From Octopus bimaculoides (taxonomy: Eukaryota), in assembly GCF_001194135.2 (NCBI RefSeq), contig NC_068996.1, forward strand, positions 2,442,522-2,506,521: a stretch of 64,000 nt of DNA. Reading direction: 5' to 3'. Shown here in pieces: positions 1-13,030 of this stretch. Numbering within the stretch: position 1 is the first letter of the stretch; each line of letters begins with the position of its first letter. A model generated the notes under the pieces. That model made no database searches and was not told the DNA's origin. It worked only from the letters and a program-made list of their open reading frames with translations. A program made the position numbers and the translations under genes.

Positions 1-146
1 AATAAAATTAAAACATTAATAAAATATAATATAAAACATACAATTCATACCAGAATATTTAAATGTAATTAATCAAGTAATCCTTTTTTTCTTCTTTAAA
101 TTGTTTATTTTTTTCTTTATGCATGTGTGCACACAAATACACACAA

Positions 147-193
<47 letters not shown>

Positions 194-1577
194 AATAATT
201 GAATGTAATTTAGCTCTAAAAGTACACCGCGATAAAATTGCTTCCAAAGTAGTTAAAACATAAAAACCAATCATAGGAAGTTCAAGAACAAAGTAAGTGA
301 TTGTCTGGAAGATTTCCAAAGACTAGTAAATAGTTACAATTTCTTCATTGGAATATCCTGCTGTAAAACACAATATATAATTACTGATGGCAGTAATCCT
401 GCTGCTAATGATTGCAAAGACAGCAAAGCAACAACTGTGTACACACACACACACACACACACACACATGCATACTTATATCACACACACATTATATTTTA
501 TAAATTATTTTTTTTCTGTAGAATTTAAGAATAGAATTAAAACTTTTATGCAAAAATAAAAGAGGCAAGTAAAAAAAAAAAAGAAACAAAACCAAACTCT
601 CAATGCAAAATGTTGATGCTTATGATATATAAGTAGCGTTTATAGCAGGAAACACCCAAAGATGAGGTTACAACGAAAATGTGTGGCGTGACATTCAAAG
701 AAATAAGCAAGAAATTGCCAAGCAAATTTTTCAAGTGGATGAAGAAATAGACACACACACACACACATACACACGCAAGTACATATATGTACACACACAC
801 ATACACACACACATACACACGCAAGTACATATATGTACACACACACACACACACACACACTATATACATAAATACATAATATACATATACATTTATATAT
901 GCCTATGTATATGTTTGTCTAAATATATAGATACATACATATATATATTAAAACTATGGTACCTACCTATTTTTGTGTCACACTCCAAACTATGGAACAA
1001 AATTGTTAGCAAGATTTCACATTATTTCTAAGACAATTGACTGATGAACTATGGGAAGAAATTTCAGAAAGAATCCACTAGATACAACATTCACATAAAT
1101 TATATTATTCATAAATATTTATATTCAGAAAGTAGCATACATATATATTTATGTAATGTATGTATGTGTGTGTGTGTGTGTATGTTTATATATATAATGT
1201 TATATTTATATATATTGTCATCATCATTTAATGTCCGTTGTCCATGCTGGTATGGGTTGTACATATATATATATGTAGATATGTTTATATATATATATAT
1301 ATAGATGTATGTATGTATACAAGTACAAGAGATACAGAGAAGTTCAACTCAGGTAGACTATGATTGGTGTATACATATACGGATTTAATGTGATAGAGTT
1401 GTCTAAGACATATATTAATACATTCGGAATATTAAGATATAGAAATATAAAATATATGAATGTTAAAAATATGCAAGGATAAATAAATATATAGATATAG
1501 AAACATAATAGAGTATAGATAAAAAATATAGATAAGAATAATGAAATATAGAAAGACATGCTTCCTATGCTTTTCTA

Positions 1578-1652
<75 letters not shown>

Positions 1653-1682
1653 GTATATATATATGTGTGTGTACATATATAT

Positions 1683-1875
1683 ATAGTTGAAATTTACAGA
1701 AAAACAAGGCGACAGGTGTATGAACAACACGCACGTGTATTTATTTGACACTCGGGGAAAAATGAATAAGTCTTTTACGTTTCAAGCGTACGCTCTTCAA
1801 CAGAAACAAATAAGAGAAAATAAACAGAGAGAGAATTTAAAAAATGACTTGTGTATTTAGCAGTCAAGCATGGCG
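1683..1875 (-). mobile_element. Short non-autonomous repeat, probably derived from a Penelope-like pLTR, with a hammerhead-like motif
   Basis: Minus strand contains CTGTTGAA-GAGC-GTAC-GCTT-GAAACGTA between microsatellite blocks. Family assignment is inferred. Confidence 0.4.
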
Positions 1876-2389
1876 TGTTTATATATGTATATGTTTATAT
1901 ATATATGTATATAAAGGATATGTGGGGTTTAGTACACTGGTCATCTAAATGAATAGCCACGCTGAGTAACTTTTATAATTGGTCATCTGTTAGGTTCCAA
2001 GTTCACAACTGAGGCTTGAACTAGGGATTCATATTAAGCTTCCATATCAGCAGGTATACATTAGTGTTTTTTGTGGGCTAAACCCACTCAGATACTCAAA
2101 TTTATACTTATTTACCTATAGACTTATTTGTATGTGTGTGTGTGTGTGCGTGTGTTTTACATGCACACACGTGTATGAGTGAGGTACTTAACTCAATTAG
2201 TATGAGTTATATATGTTATTAAAAAAAAAAAGACAGTTTGGTTCAGCCCTATGCAACTGAATTTTTACAGGAATTGTGTTTGTTGTAGGAACCTAGATCT
2301 TCATGCCCATTTGGTTACCTGAACCCAAACAGCTAAGTTCAAGTAACCACCCTAAAAAACTTTTAAGTTGTACATAATGTATATGTATG

Positions 2390-2429
<40 letters not shown>

Positions 2430-2431
2430 AG

Positions 2432-2605
2432 CTTTTACTTGTTTCAGTCACCAGACTGCAGCCAAGCTCAGGCATCGCCTTGAAGAATTTAGAGTCAAAT
2501 GTATCGAACCCTAATACTTGTTTTTTTATGAAGTCAGGTACTTATTATATCGGTCTCTTTTGCCAAACTGCTAAGTTACAGGGACATAAACATACCAACA
2601 CTGAT
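2432..2605 (-). mobile_element. 3' part of an octopus-type tRNA-derived SINE
   Basis: 'tttacttgtttcagtca...ctgctaagttacagggacataaac' recurs at 31955-32385, 33860-34105 and 58140-58510. Confidence 0.7.
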
Positions 2606-4000
2606 GCTTCTTAGGTTCAACTTTTCTCTCAAGGTACTTACACTCTGTCTAGTATGTACACTGACATTACACATCCATCGGAGCATACTGGCTTCATTCC
2701 TTGAGAGCCTACACATGTCTTCGGCAGTCACGGCCCATGTTTCACTGCCATGAAGCATGGCTGTTCGTACACATGCATCATACAGTCTGCCTTTTACTCT
2801 GAGTGAGAGGCCCTTTGTCACCAGCAGAGGTAAGAGCTCTCCGAACTTTGCCCAGGCTATTCTTATTCTNNNNNNNNNNNNNNNNNNNNNNNNNNNNNNN
2901 NNNNNNNNNNNNNNNNNNNNNNNNNNNNNNNNNNNNNNNNNNNNNNNNNNNNNNNNNNNNNNNNNNNNNNNNNNNNNNNNNNNNNNNNNNNNNNNNNNNN
3001 NNNNNNNNNNNNNNNNNNNNNNNNNNNNNNNNNNNNNNNNNNNNNNNNNNNNNNNNNNNNNNNNNNNNNNNNNNNNNNNNNNNNNNNNNNNNNNNNNNNN
3101 NNNNNNNNNNNNNNNNNNNNNNNNNNNNNNNNNNNNNNNNNNNNNNNNNNNNNNNNNNNNNNNNNNNNNNNNNNNNNNNNNNNNNNNNNNNNNNNNNNGT
3201 GTCCATAGCTTGCACTGGATGCATCTTATAGAGTTTCTACCTATGCCTTTTCTACAGATCGAGCAGGGCCATCTACCTGAAGGTGTTTGTGTTTTCTCTA
3301 CCTTCCTACTTATTAGGACTTTGGTTTTAGCTAGGTTGACTCTAAGGCCCTTCAATTCTAGTCCTTGCTTCCACACCTAAAACTTCTCCTCTAGTTCTGA
3401 TAGTGACTTAGCAATTAGTGCAAGGTCATCAGCATAGAGAAGCTCCCAGGGGCATCCTGTCTTGAACTCCTCTGTGATTGCCTGGAGGACTATGATAAAT
3501 AGGAGGAGGCTGAGGACTGAACCTTGGTGGACCCCTACCTCTACCCGGAGTTCTTGACTGTACTCATCGCCAACCCTCACCTTACTGACACCGTATCTGC
3601 ACATGGCTCACACAGCTCTCACTAACCATTCTTCTATCCTTAGTTTCCTCATTGACCAACAGATAAGAGGTATTTCTCCTGAAGCTGTCTTACCAGAAAT
3701 ATAGCATCAGTGGTGCCTTTCCCAGGCACGAACCCAAACTGTATCTCATCTAGACTGACCCTCTCCATGAGTAGTTGGGCTATGACCCTCTGTGTGACTT
3801 TCATTGCCTGATCTAACAACTTGATACCTCTGCAATTATTTGTATCTAAAGCGTCACCTTTACTATGGTGCTGCTACACCAGTCATTGGATATGACTCCT
3901 TCGTGTATCACCTGGTTAACAATATAGGTGACTAGGCTATAGCCAACACTGCCAGATTCCTGATGGGCCAGGGGCCTTCTCTGTCTTCATACTCTTAATT
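2606..4000 (-). mobile_element. Decayed RTE-clade LINE, RT domain to C-terminus, spanning an N-gap
   Basis: ORF track peptides VEVGVHQGSVLSLLLFIIVL, PWELLYADDL, LAKTKVL, WPCSICRKGIGRNSIRC and KGRLYDACVRTAMLHGSETW, with stops and frameshifts. Confidence 0.9.
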
Positions 4001-4289
4001 GCTTTATATATATATATATATATGAAAAAGTTAAAACTTACTGCATAAAGGTTAACTTGTGCGTTCTGTTGTGATACAAACAATATATGAGTATATGCAT
4101 ATATATGTACATGTATGTATATACCTTCATCCACATGTACATATAGATACATAACTGGGTACATGACGTGGCAAAAGAACATGGACAAAATGGTAAACAA
4201 GGTGCAACAAACAAGCAGGCCACATAGAAACATCTCCTTCATCAGCTGCCACCATTAAAACCCCGGCGTTTCGAAGAATTAAGGCTGTA

Positions 4290-4800
4290 CGCAGGCGGCA
4301 CTGGCAACGGCCACGCCCAAAATGGTGCATTTCATGCGTCACCCGCGCATGAGCCAGTCCGGGGGCACTGGCAACGGACTCGCTCGAAAAATTTCATGTG
4401 TCACCCGCACAAGAGCCAGTCCAGGGGCACTGGCAATGATCTCAATTGAAAATCCCCTGAAGGCCAGCCAGGCGGCATTGGCAACGGTCACGCCCAAAAT
4501 GGTGCATTTCATGTGTTGCCTGCACATGAGCCAGTCCAGGGGCACCGGCAACGATCCCACTTGAAGGTCCATACACATGCTGCGGGCACAAGTGCCAGAA
4601 AGGGGACGCTGGGCACAGGTGCCATCACGATTTCGATTTCGCTTGCCTCAATAAGTCTTTGCAACCTGAGTTTCGTATCTAATGAAGGAGATGGCGTTGG
4701 CACGGGTGCCAGTCGTCGAATTTAACTCGATTTTGATTTCACTTGCCTCAACAGGTCTTTGCAAGTGGAGTTTAGTGTCCAATGAAGGAAGGTACGCATA
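4290..4800 (-). repeat. GC-rich tandem subrepeat block of the LINE 3'UTR type
   Basis: Repeated 'gcactggcaacg...cccaaaatggtgcatttcatg' units, homologous to blocks at 33440-33660 and 23110-23570 that adjoin the LINE terminal module. Confidence 0.7.
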
Positions 4801-5178
4801 AGTGGACTGGCTGAGGCTATATATATATATATCCCACTGATTCTTATGGTAAACTCTATAAATACTGATAAGGCAAATTTCAGCTTCACCACTTGCAGTG
4901 AGGTAAGCATTACTGATGACCATTAATTTCCATGCAAAATTGGCAGTGGGGAGGTTGTCTCCCTTGTCAGTACATAAAACTTGTGCTTTTGTGGCTTAAG
5001 AGTCTTTTGACTCTTATTTCTAGCTGTGCTGGTGCTCCCTGCACTCTTCATTACTATTTAGTGACGGTGAATTATTTCCATTTTAGTTTTGAATTGTGTC
5101 TAACCACCTCAATTATTTTATTTATATACATATATGTATGTGGATATGTACATATATGTATGTGTGTGAAAATGTACA

Positions 5179-5500
5179 TCATAGATTCTCAAAGTGGGCT
5201 CTATGCCTCCCTCCCCGATGGGCATTGAGAGGGTCTAGGTAGGTGCTTGTGCCTAAGGGGCGGTGGGGAGCGGCAGTAGAAGAAAAGGAGGCAGTGGATT
5301 GGGGGAAGCTATGAATTTATATTATTATAGTATTGTATACAAATTATATAATATGATATTAAATATCAAATGATTTGTAGTATGTATAAATTAGTAAAAT
5401 ATAAAATATTTGTTTATACATAAAAATACAGGGGGTGGGGGCTGAGGGTATTATGTGGTCATGAGGTGGGGGGGTAGCCCAAAAAGTTTGACAACTTCTG
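5179..5500. mobile_element. hAT/Charlie-like MITE relic
   Basis: Degenerate termini 'catagattctcaaagt' and 'aaagtttgacaacttctg' resemble CAGTGGTTCTCAAA-type TIRs. Confidence 0.4.
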
Positions 5501-5559
5501 ATGTACATGTATGTATGTGTGTATGTGATTGTGTATATCTACACAATAGTACACAAGTT

Positions 5560-5850
5560 ATCATCATTTTACATCCACTTTCCATGCTGGAATGGTTTAC
5601 ATGGTTTGGCTGGAACTGGTAACCTAGAGAGCTGCACCAGGTTTCAGTCTGATTTGGTTTGGTTTTTAAGGCTGGATGTCCTTCCTTATGCTAACCGCTC
5701 TGAGAGTGTAGTGGGTGCCTTTTACATGTCACTGGTACTGGTGCTTTATTTTCATGTCACGAGCACAGATGCTGTTACCTACCACCTGCACTGGCTACAA
5801 CTATTATTTCACTTGGCTTGAATAGTCTTCTCAAGCACAGCAAATCGCTA
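5560..5850 (-). mobile_element. RTE LINE 3' terminal module fragment
   Basis: catcattt...ccatgctgg...ctggatgtccttcc...gagagtgtagtgggtgc, shared with many copies in the window. Confidence 0.75.
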
Positions 5851-6522
5851 ATAGTCATGATCACTTGTCATGAATATGTATGTTAATAAGTGGGTGTCTA
5901 TGTGTGTGTGTGTGTGTATGAAGACCTGTGGATTTGCATATAAATATATGTTTGTATTTACTTCATCATCATCATTTAACATTGTTCTTTCATGCTGGCT
6001 TGGGTTGACCTTGTATATGTACATAAACATATTTATCTAAGTCTATGTCTGCCTATCTATATGTGTATGCATAAATGTATGTATACACTTGCATTTATAT
6101 GATTTAATGAATAAGAGATTCATATGTGAGCTACTTCTGAGTTTTGTGCTCAGATAGTGCAGTAATTAGATGGGCTGTTATAGTGTAACTTTCACATTCC
6201 AGCATTTGTTCAGGTGCATCTGACTTGGTTATTCTGTGAGGAAATATGAGAAAAAAAATGAAAAAAAAAATATAAGAAAATAGTAAGAAAAAAATTGCTG
6301 TAACCAAGCACGAAAGTTGAAGTAGCTCATGTATAACTCTGAAGTCATTAAATGATATTTACCATTTACTGAACTGAATGTGTTTTTGCTGCTTCTACCA
6401 ACAAGGAAATTATGCACATATATTTATATGTGTATATATATTAATATATATTCTTATGTACATATATGTGTCTGTGTCTGTATATATATATACATATATA
6501 TATATATGTGGGTGTGTGTGTA

Positions 6523-6929
<407 letters not shown>

Positions 6930-8184
6930 TTCGTTCCAGCACACAATCTCAGATCAGGTCATTTGCTATGCAAGTACATCTCCGTAATATATATATATAT
7001 ATATAAATATATGAATGAATATATGTATATATTTATTTGTATACATATATATATATGTGTGTGTGTGTGTGTTGTATTCCTGATGTGCTCACATTGTTAC
7101 TTTTCTTTAGTAATGATTGTTCTAATGTTTTCTTTTCCCCCTAAATACTGTCTCATAGCCCTGTGGCTAATTTTGTTTGAACCTCCCTTGTCTTTAAAAC
7201 CAATGAAGATGATTTTACTATTTTCCACACACTTGCTGAGTAATATAAATATTTTACTAAATCTGTTTTAAGTTCTTGGTGATTTTTTAAATGAATTGAA
7301 ATGGGAAGTGTATTCCTGTAGTTTTATGGTCAAGGAAAAATTAATGGTTGAGTACCGGACAGAAAGCTATAATGATACTAATACTGCACAGAACTATGTA
7401 GTTGATGAGATATCTACTGAGAATCTAAATTTTGTCACAACCAACTTCTTTTGAATTGTTGAAATAACTGTAATTACCTCTTAGATATTGGAATGGTAAG
7501 TGGCTCAATGTACTACACAATAACTGTTCGATTGAAAATTGAATGTCATCATCAGCATTGTGTGTCATGTCTGTTGAATCAGAAATGCCAAATGTTATCC
7601 AACAACAACAGCAACAGTTAATAACAAAGAAAAAGTAGTGAATAATTTTGAGTGAGATTCATTGATTGATGAAAAAGTTGATGAAAAATTTTCTTTTATG
7701 AAACTGGTACCAGTATATGTGTGTGTGAGAGAGAGAGTGGGGGTGGGGGTATGAATGTAATAATTCAAAAGAGTTTTTGAGAGAGTATCTGAAAAACATT
7801 TCTGCAAAAATTAAAAACAATCAAATGTGATCTCAATAGTATAAGCAAAATAATTTAACCCAGACCAGATGAATGACATGTAAGTTTTTATGCAGACATA
7901 TTTGATTGTTGTCTGCTCTTTAGATGTGATGTATAAACCAAAGTTTTCTGTGTTACCCTTATTTTAACAACTGTGTTCAGTTGTGATTGTAGGTACATCT
8001 GGTTTAATTTCTGACTGAAAATCTTCATGAAGTATTCTTGTGGTTTCCATACTTGTCCATTTGCTTTGTTATTTCGAATATCCCATTTTGGCAGATATGT
8101 AAATGTTTACTACAATGAACATTCCTTATAGATGAAATTCTGTTTCGTGATTCATGTCACTGCCTTGGTGGACGTGTAATGTAA

Positions 8185-8375
8185 ATTAATATCATAAAGG
8201 CTTAGCATTATTTCGTCTGGCTTTACGCTCTGAGTTCAAATTCCACCAAGGTCGACTTTGCCTTTCATCCTTTCAGGGTCGATAAATTAAGTACCACTTG
8301 TGTACAGAGATCAATCTAATCGACTGGCCTCCCTCCTCCAAAATTTCAGGCCTTCTGCCTAGAGTAGAAAAGACT
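8185..8375 (+). mobile_element. SINE (second family)
   Basis: 'ctttacgctctgagttcaaattccaccaaggtcgactttgcctttcatcc' has a B-box-like GAGTTCAAAT; related copy at about 59180-59400. Confidence 0.65.
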
Positions 8376-8577
8376 GTTGTAAATTAATTTAATTTTACAA
8401 TTCATATATGCATTAGCCTTTAATTCTTTCTTATTGTTTAACTTATTCATTTTACACTGTTGGATAACATTATTATCATGCAGCAATGCTTTTCATATTT
8501 CATAACATGATTTTTCCTTTTGATGTAGATTTTGTCTTTGGTAAGAACTTTTTAAGATTTAGTGATTGTTTGTTTAC

Positions 8578-8680
8578 TTAACTCTTTTGATACCAACCCG
8601 GCTGAAACCACCTCTGGCTTTGTAGTACAACTGTCTTGTTTTCATAAGTTCTGAATTAAAATCTTTCACCAAAATTGATA
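8578..8680 (+). mobile_element. TTAA-type MITE end (family 2)
   Basis: TTAActcttttgatacc...; reverse-complement copy at about 33010-33110 ends ggtatcgaaagggTTAA. Confidence 0.55.
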
Positions 8681-9039
8681 CAGGTTGGTATTTGTTTTGA
8701 CTCAAGTCAGGGATGATTTATCTTATTCTTTGTCTTTGGACAAATATTTTTACTTCTTCCAATCATCTATAGTTAAATCTGTAACACTCGCATATATATA
8801 TATATATTTATATGGCTTCTCATATTAAGTGAGATATTTCTTTTCGTATGGAATGCATAGCAATATCTCAAACCTGTCTGTTAGTCTATATCCATTTCTC
8901 TGTTACAGAGATTAGTTATAATCAGTTATATTAATCTCAAATGTCCAAAAATGGAGGTTCCCTTTTGTTCATTTACATTGCGAATTTGAATGATTCATGA
9001 ATGTTGTTTATGTTTGAGACGTAAAATTTTCCTTATACC

Positions 9040-9620
9040 TGCCCCAATATATGAAATTGTTGTTGAGGTATTTTTCCCAATTTTCTTTTAAATTGAATTT
9101 GAAACTTTGATCAAAAATAATCTCAGGCCAGGTAAAGTTTTTTTAAATTTTATTTTGAAGACACTCATCATTATTGTTGCAAATGTGAGTGCAACTTCAT
9201 GCCCTTTGCCATCCTTAGTCAAAAGTAGTTATTGTTTTCTAGTACCAAACATAGTCCTTCTTTACAAATTCCTTCAGGAGATCTTTCCTGAACTATCTGC
9301 CTAGCCAGTATTCTGTCACCTTCCATTGTAATGCAAATGGGATGTTTGTGTTGATGCTGAACATATCAAAACTAAATACAGTAATTTCTATCTATCTCTT
9401 GAAATAAGATTTTACAAGTTCGTGCCATTGCTAATGAATTAGGAACCAATTTGCATGATGTCCAGTAAATGACTTAATTGTAGGGTGTTTGATATCAGTT
9501 CTGCAACAATTAAGCATAATTCAAAATATTGCAGTTTGGCTATCTTTTTGTATAGTGTGATTTGGTCTTTTAAGTTATCAAGGATTTCATTAAATTTTTG
9601 ATGGTTTATAAAAGTTGCTT
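9040..9620 (-). mobile_element. Penelope-like retroelement reverse-transcriptase relic
   Basis: Minus-strand peptides VFSFDMFSINTNIP (cf. SFDV.SLYTNIP), LVLENNNYF and ENWEKYLNNNFIYW (cf. W.RYLDD.F..W), heavily disrupted. Confidence 0.65.
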
Positions 9621-10322
9621 GTTTTTATCTCAAAATTGTAATCTAACTGCACTCCTGTTAAATTACTCTTAAACTTGTTTGTTAATTTCTCTGCTTTGTT
9701 ACATTTTTCTTGTTCATCTATATTAGCTATTAATTTTTTGCAGAAATATCGGTAATCTAATTGTTTTTAATTCCATTTCCCAGCAACGGATCTTGTCCAT
9801 TATAGCAATGGTTCCTTATTTGTCAGCAGTGATGTGATTGTATATTTTTTGGAATGACATTGTGGGGTAGGTATGAGAGATCAAATCTGGCCAGTTTCAA
9901 TATGAAAGAGAATATTTGGACTGGACATGGCCAGTTTAAATGCTAAAAGTTTAATTACTACATAGGAATGTTTCTGTGGACATTCCCATGGTTTTCATCT
10001 CCCATTAATATTTATACAATGCTTGAATCTACTGATCACTTCAGATACATTATGTATACCTGGAGATGTTTATTTCATACATCCTCTTTTTGATAAAGTT
10101 GTCAGAGCCAAATTTTTCTATAAAATTTCACAGTATCATTGATATGATCTGTTGTGTCAGGTTTTGGATTTACAATAAATTGGAGTTATATTCTGAAATG
10201 TTTTCTCCTGTTTACTTATCGGATCACATTTTGATAGACTTGTTACTTTTGGATTAGTTGATGATCAGTTTCTTTTTATTTTTTGTATCTTGGAATCATT
10301 AATACTACTTTCATTTATATAT

Positions 10323-10324
<2 letters not shown>

Positions 10325-10357
<33 letters not shown>

Positions 10358-11440
10358 TTAACGTCTGTTTTCCATGCTGGCATGGGTTAGATGGTTTGAC
10401 TGAGATCTGGAAAGCCAGTGGCTGCACCAGGCTCCAATCTGATCTGGCAATGTTTCTACAGCTGGATGCCCTTCCTAACACCAACCACTCCGAGAGTGTA
10501 GTGGGTGCTTTTTATGTGCCTGTGGTACAGGAGCCAGTCAGGGAGTACTGACATCAGCCACATTCAGATGGTGCATTTTACGTGCCACTGGCACGGGAGC
10601 CAGTGAGGCTGTACTGGCATTGATCACGTTCGGATTGTGCTTTTTACGTTCCACCGGCACAAGAGCCATTCAAGGGGTACTAGCATCAGTCACGTTCAGA
10701 TGATGCATTTTATGTGCCACTGGAACATGGCACTAGCCACAGCTACGATTTTGGTTTTACTTGACTCAGCAGGTCTTCTCAAGCATATCATATCGCCTGA
10801 TGCATCAAGGGTGCTCTTAAATGGGCCAGACATGCAACACTAGCATTGGCCATGGCTGCAATCTCATTTTAGTTGCCAGGTCTTCTCAATCACAGCATAT
10901 CTCCAAACGTCCCGGTCTCCTGTCATTGCCTCTGTGAGGCCCAATGTTCGAAGGTCATGCTTTACCACCTCATCCCACGTCTTCCTGGGTCCACATCTTC
11001 TACAGGTTCCTTCCACAGTTAGGGTGTGGCATTTCCTCACACAGTTGTCCTCATCCATACATAATGCATGACCATACCAGCACAGTCGTTTCTCTTGCAC
11101 ACCACATTTGATGCTTCTTATGTCCATCTTTCCGTTCACACTGTTGTGTATGCACACTGACATTACACATCCAGTAGGTCATACTAGCTTCATTTCTTTG
11201 AAGCCTACACATGTCCTCAGCAGTCACAGCCCATGTTTCACTACTGTGTAACATGGCAGTTTGCACACATACAGTCCACCTTTCACTTTAAGTGAAAGGC
11301 CCTTAGTTGCTAGGAGCTCCCTGAACTTTGCCCAGGCTATTCTTATTCTAGCCACTACTCTCAGAGCAACCACCCCCACTCAGACTTAGTTGCCTAGATA
11401 GCGGAAGCTATCAAATACTTCTAGTTTTTCCCCCCTGGCA
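10325..11440 (-). mobile_element. 5'-truncated RTE LINE: ORF2 C-terminus, 3'UTR and (GAT)n tail
   Basis: LHSSETW and WYGHALCMDEDNCVRKC...KTWDEVVKHDL...WRYAVIEKT, followed by the shared terminal module and (ATC)n at 10323-10357. Confidence 0.9.
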
Positions 11441-11926
11441 TGTGATAGAATCTGTTTTCTGTACATTTTCAGTGTTTATTACCCATACACACACACACAC
11501 ACATGCACACACACACACATGCACACACATACATAGAACTATGTAAAAAAGAAAAAAAAAATGAAAACTGGTGTTGGACTTTGGTTTCGCGATAACGACT
11601 GAAAGTTGTAGGGGGAAGATTTGATGAAAGCAATAAGGAAGCAACATGTTGATCTTATGGAATGGTCTGACTTGACAAACGTGCCATAATCATTGGGTTG
11701 AAGGTGCCTTGGGGAGCACTTTAAAGAAAATACTTGATATGAAGGATGTTTTATTAGAATATTATACACTACAAGGTGATGCTCCAGCATGGCCGCAGTC
11801 AAATGACTGAAACAAGTAAAAGAATAAAAGAATACTGTTTGTATATACAAATACATGCATGTGTAGGTATACATACGCATATGGATTTCTCTTTCTCTCA
11901 CATTCTTTGTGTGTGTGTATATTATA

Positions 11927-11978
<52 letters not shown>

Positions 11979-12419
11979 ATATAAAGGGTTATATAATGCA
12001 AGCTGTGTTCTTGTGAAGCACATCTGCAGTGTACCATTATCATTATCATATATATATATATATATATATACATAAATATTTTATGTTAAATGTGATATAC
12101 ATAGCAATTGTTTGGTGAATTCACTTTGCAGTGTAATTACATAACAAAACAGAAGACTGGAAATATTTGGTATATTTTCAATTCCATATTACATGTGTTT
12201 TATTACAAGATAAGAGTTACAAAAGTATGCACATCGTAAAGAAAAAAAATGTATAGAATCTCCTAGCCATAATTCTTCAGACAGAAATTTAAGAATAATA
12301 CAAATTTATTCTAGATGCTGCAGCAGTTTATAGTATTAAGCATTAATCAGGAGTATATTGAGAGATAGAGGATAAGTTTGAATGTCTATCATCTTCTCTG
12401 ACTTTTTATCCTTTTTATA

Positions 12420-12502
<83 letters not shown>

Positions 12503-13006
12503 GAGCTGTATATATAACTCATCCATTTACATATAAGAAAGTTGTGTTTGTGATGAAGCTTGTACCAATTATAATATGTAATTTGATGTACTCAATAAAA
12601 TCATAATTCTATCCTCTCCCAGACATTTATCTTTGTAAAGAATGTTAAGGATATTTTTCAATGTAAAATATTTGTCTAATTCTATTACAATTTTTAGTTG
12701 GTGTCATACTTGATTTCATTTCCTTTTTCTCAACTATTACCATAATGTTCCCAGACTGTGAAACCTAGTTTCATACATACCTTCTCTTTTTCCTTCTCTT
12801 ATAATATTTTTTTTTTTGTTTAGTCCTGTTGCTTCTTAATTTTTTAACTGTAACATTTTGGAATAAATAACATCTATTTACATTTCTTTATTTCTCTTAT
12901 CTTTAAGCAAGTCAAGTTGAAGACTAACAAGTTTTAGTTCAAGTTTCTTATCTATAAATCTAAATTTATGTTGAAAGTTGTTGAAAACCTTTAATTTTAT
13001 TTTCAG

Positions 13007-13030
13007 TCTGAAGAAGTATCTAAACAGAAT
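13007..13030 (+). CDS. Candidate 24-nt micro-exon (SEEVSKQN), probably of the same MICU gene
   Basis: ttaattttattttcAG|TCTGAAGAAGTATCTAAACAGAAT|GTAAGT. Pyrimidine-rich acceptor, consensus donor, open in phase 0-0, compatible with the phase-0 start of exon 26853. No homology evidence. Confidence 0.5.

Noticed and set aside
4290-4800. CRISPR-like appearance of GC-rich repeated units (also 33410-33660)
   Set aside because: Units vary in length, the intervening sequences are homologous to each other, they are embedded in LINE 3'UTRs, the context is eukaryotic, and no cas genes are present.
7485-7495. Possible 11-nt micro-exon ctcttAG|ATATTGGAATG|GTAAGT
   Set aside because: The donor is strong and the end phase is compatible, but the pyrimidine tract is weak, the length is not a multiple of 3 and there is no homology. 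It is within chance expectation.
7510-7565. Minus-strand ACACAATG-CTGATGA...GAAC...TATTGTGT
   Set aside because: A stem I is possible, but the GAAA box is incomplete and stems II and III cannot be formed convincingly.
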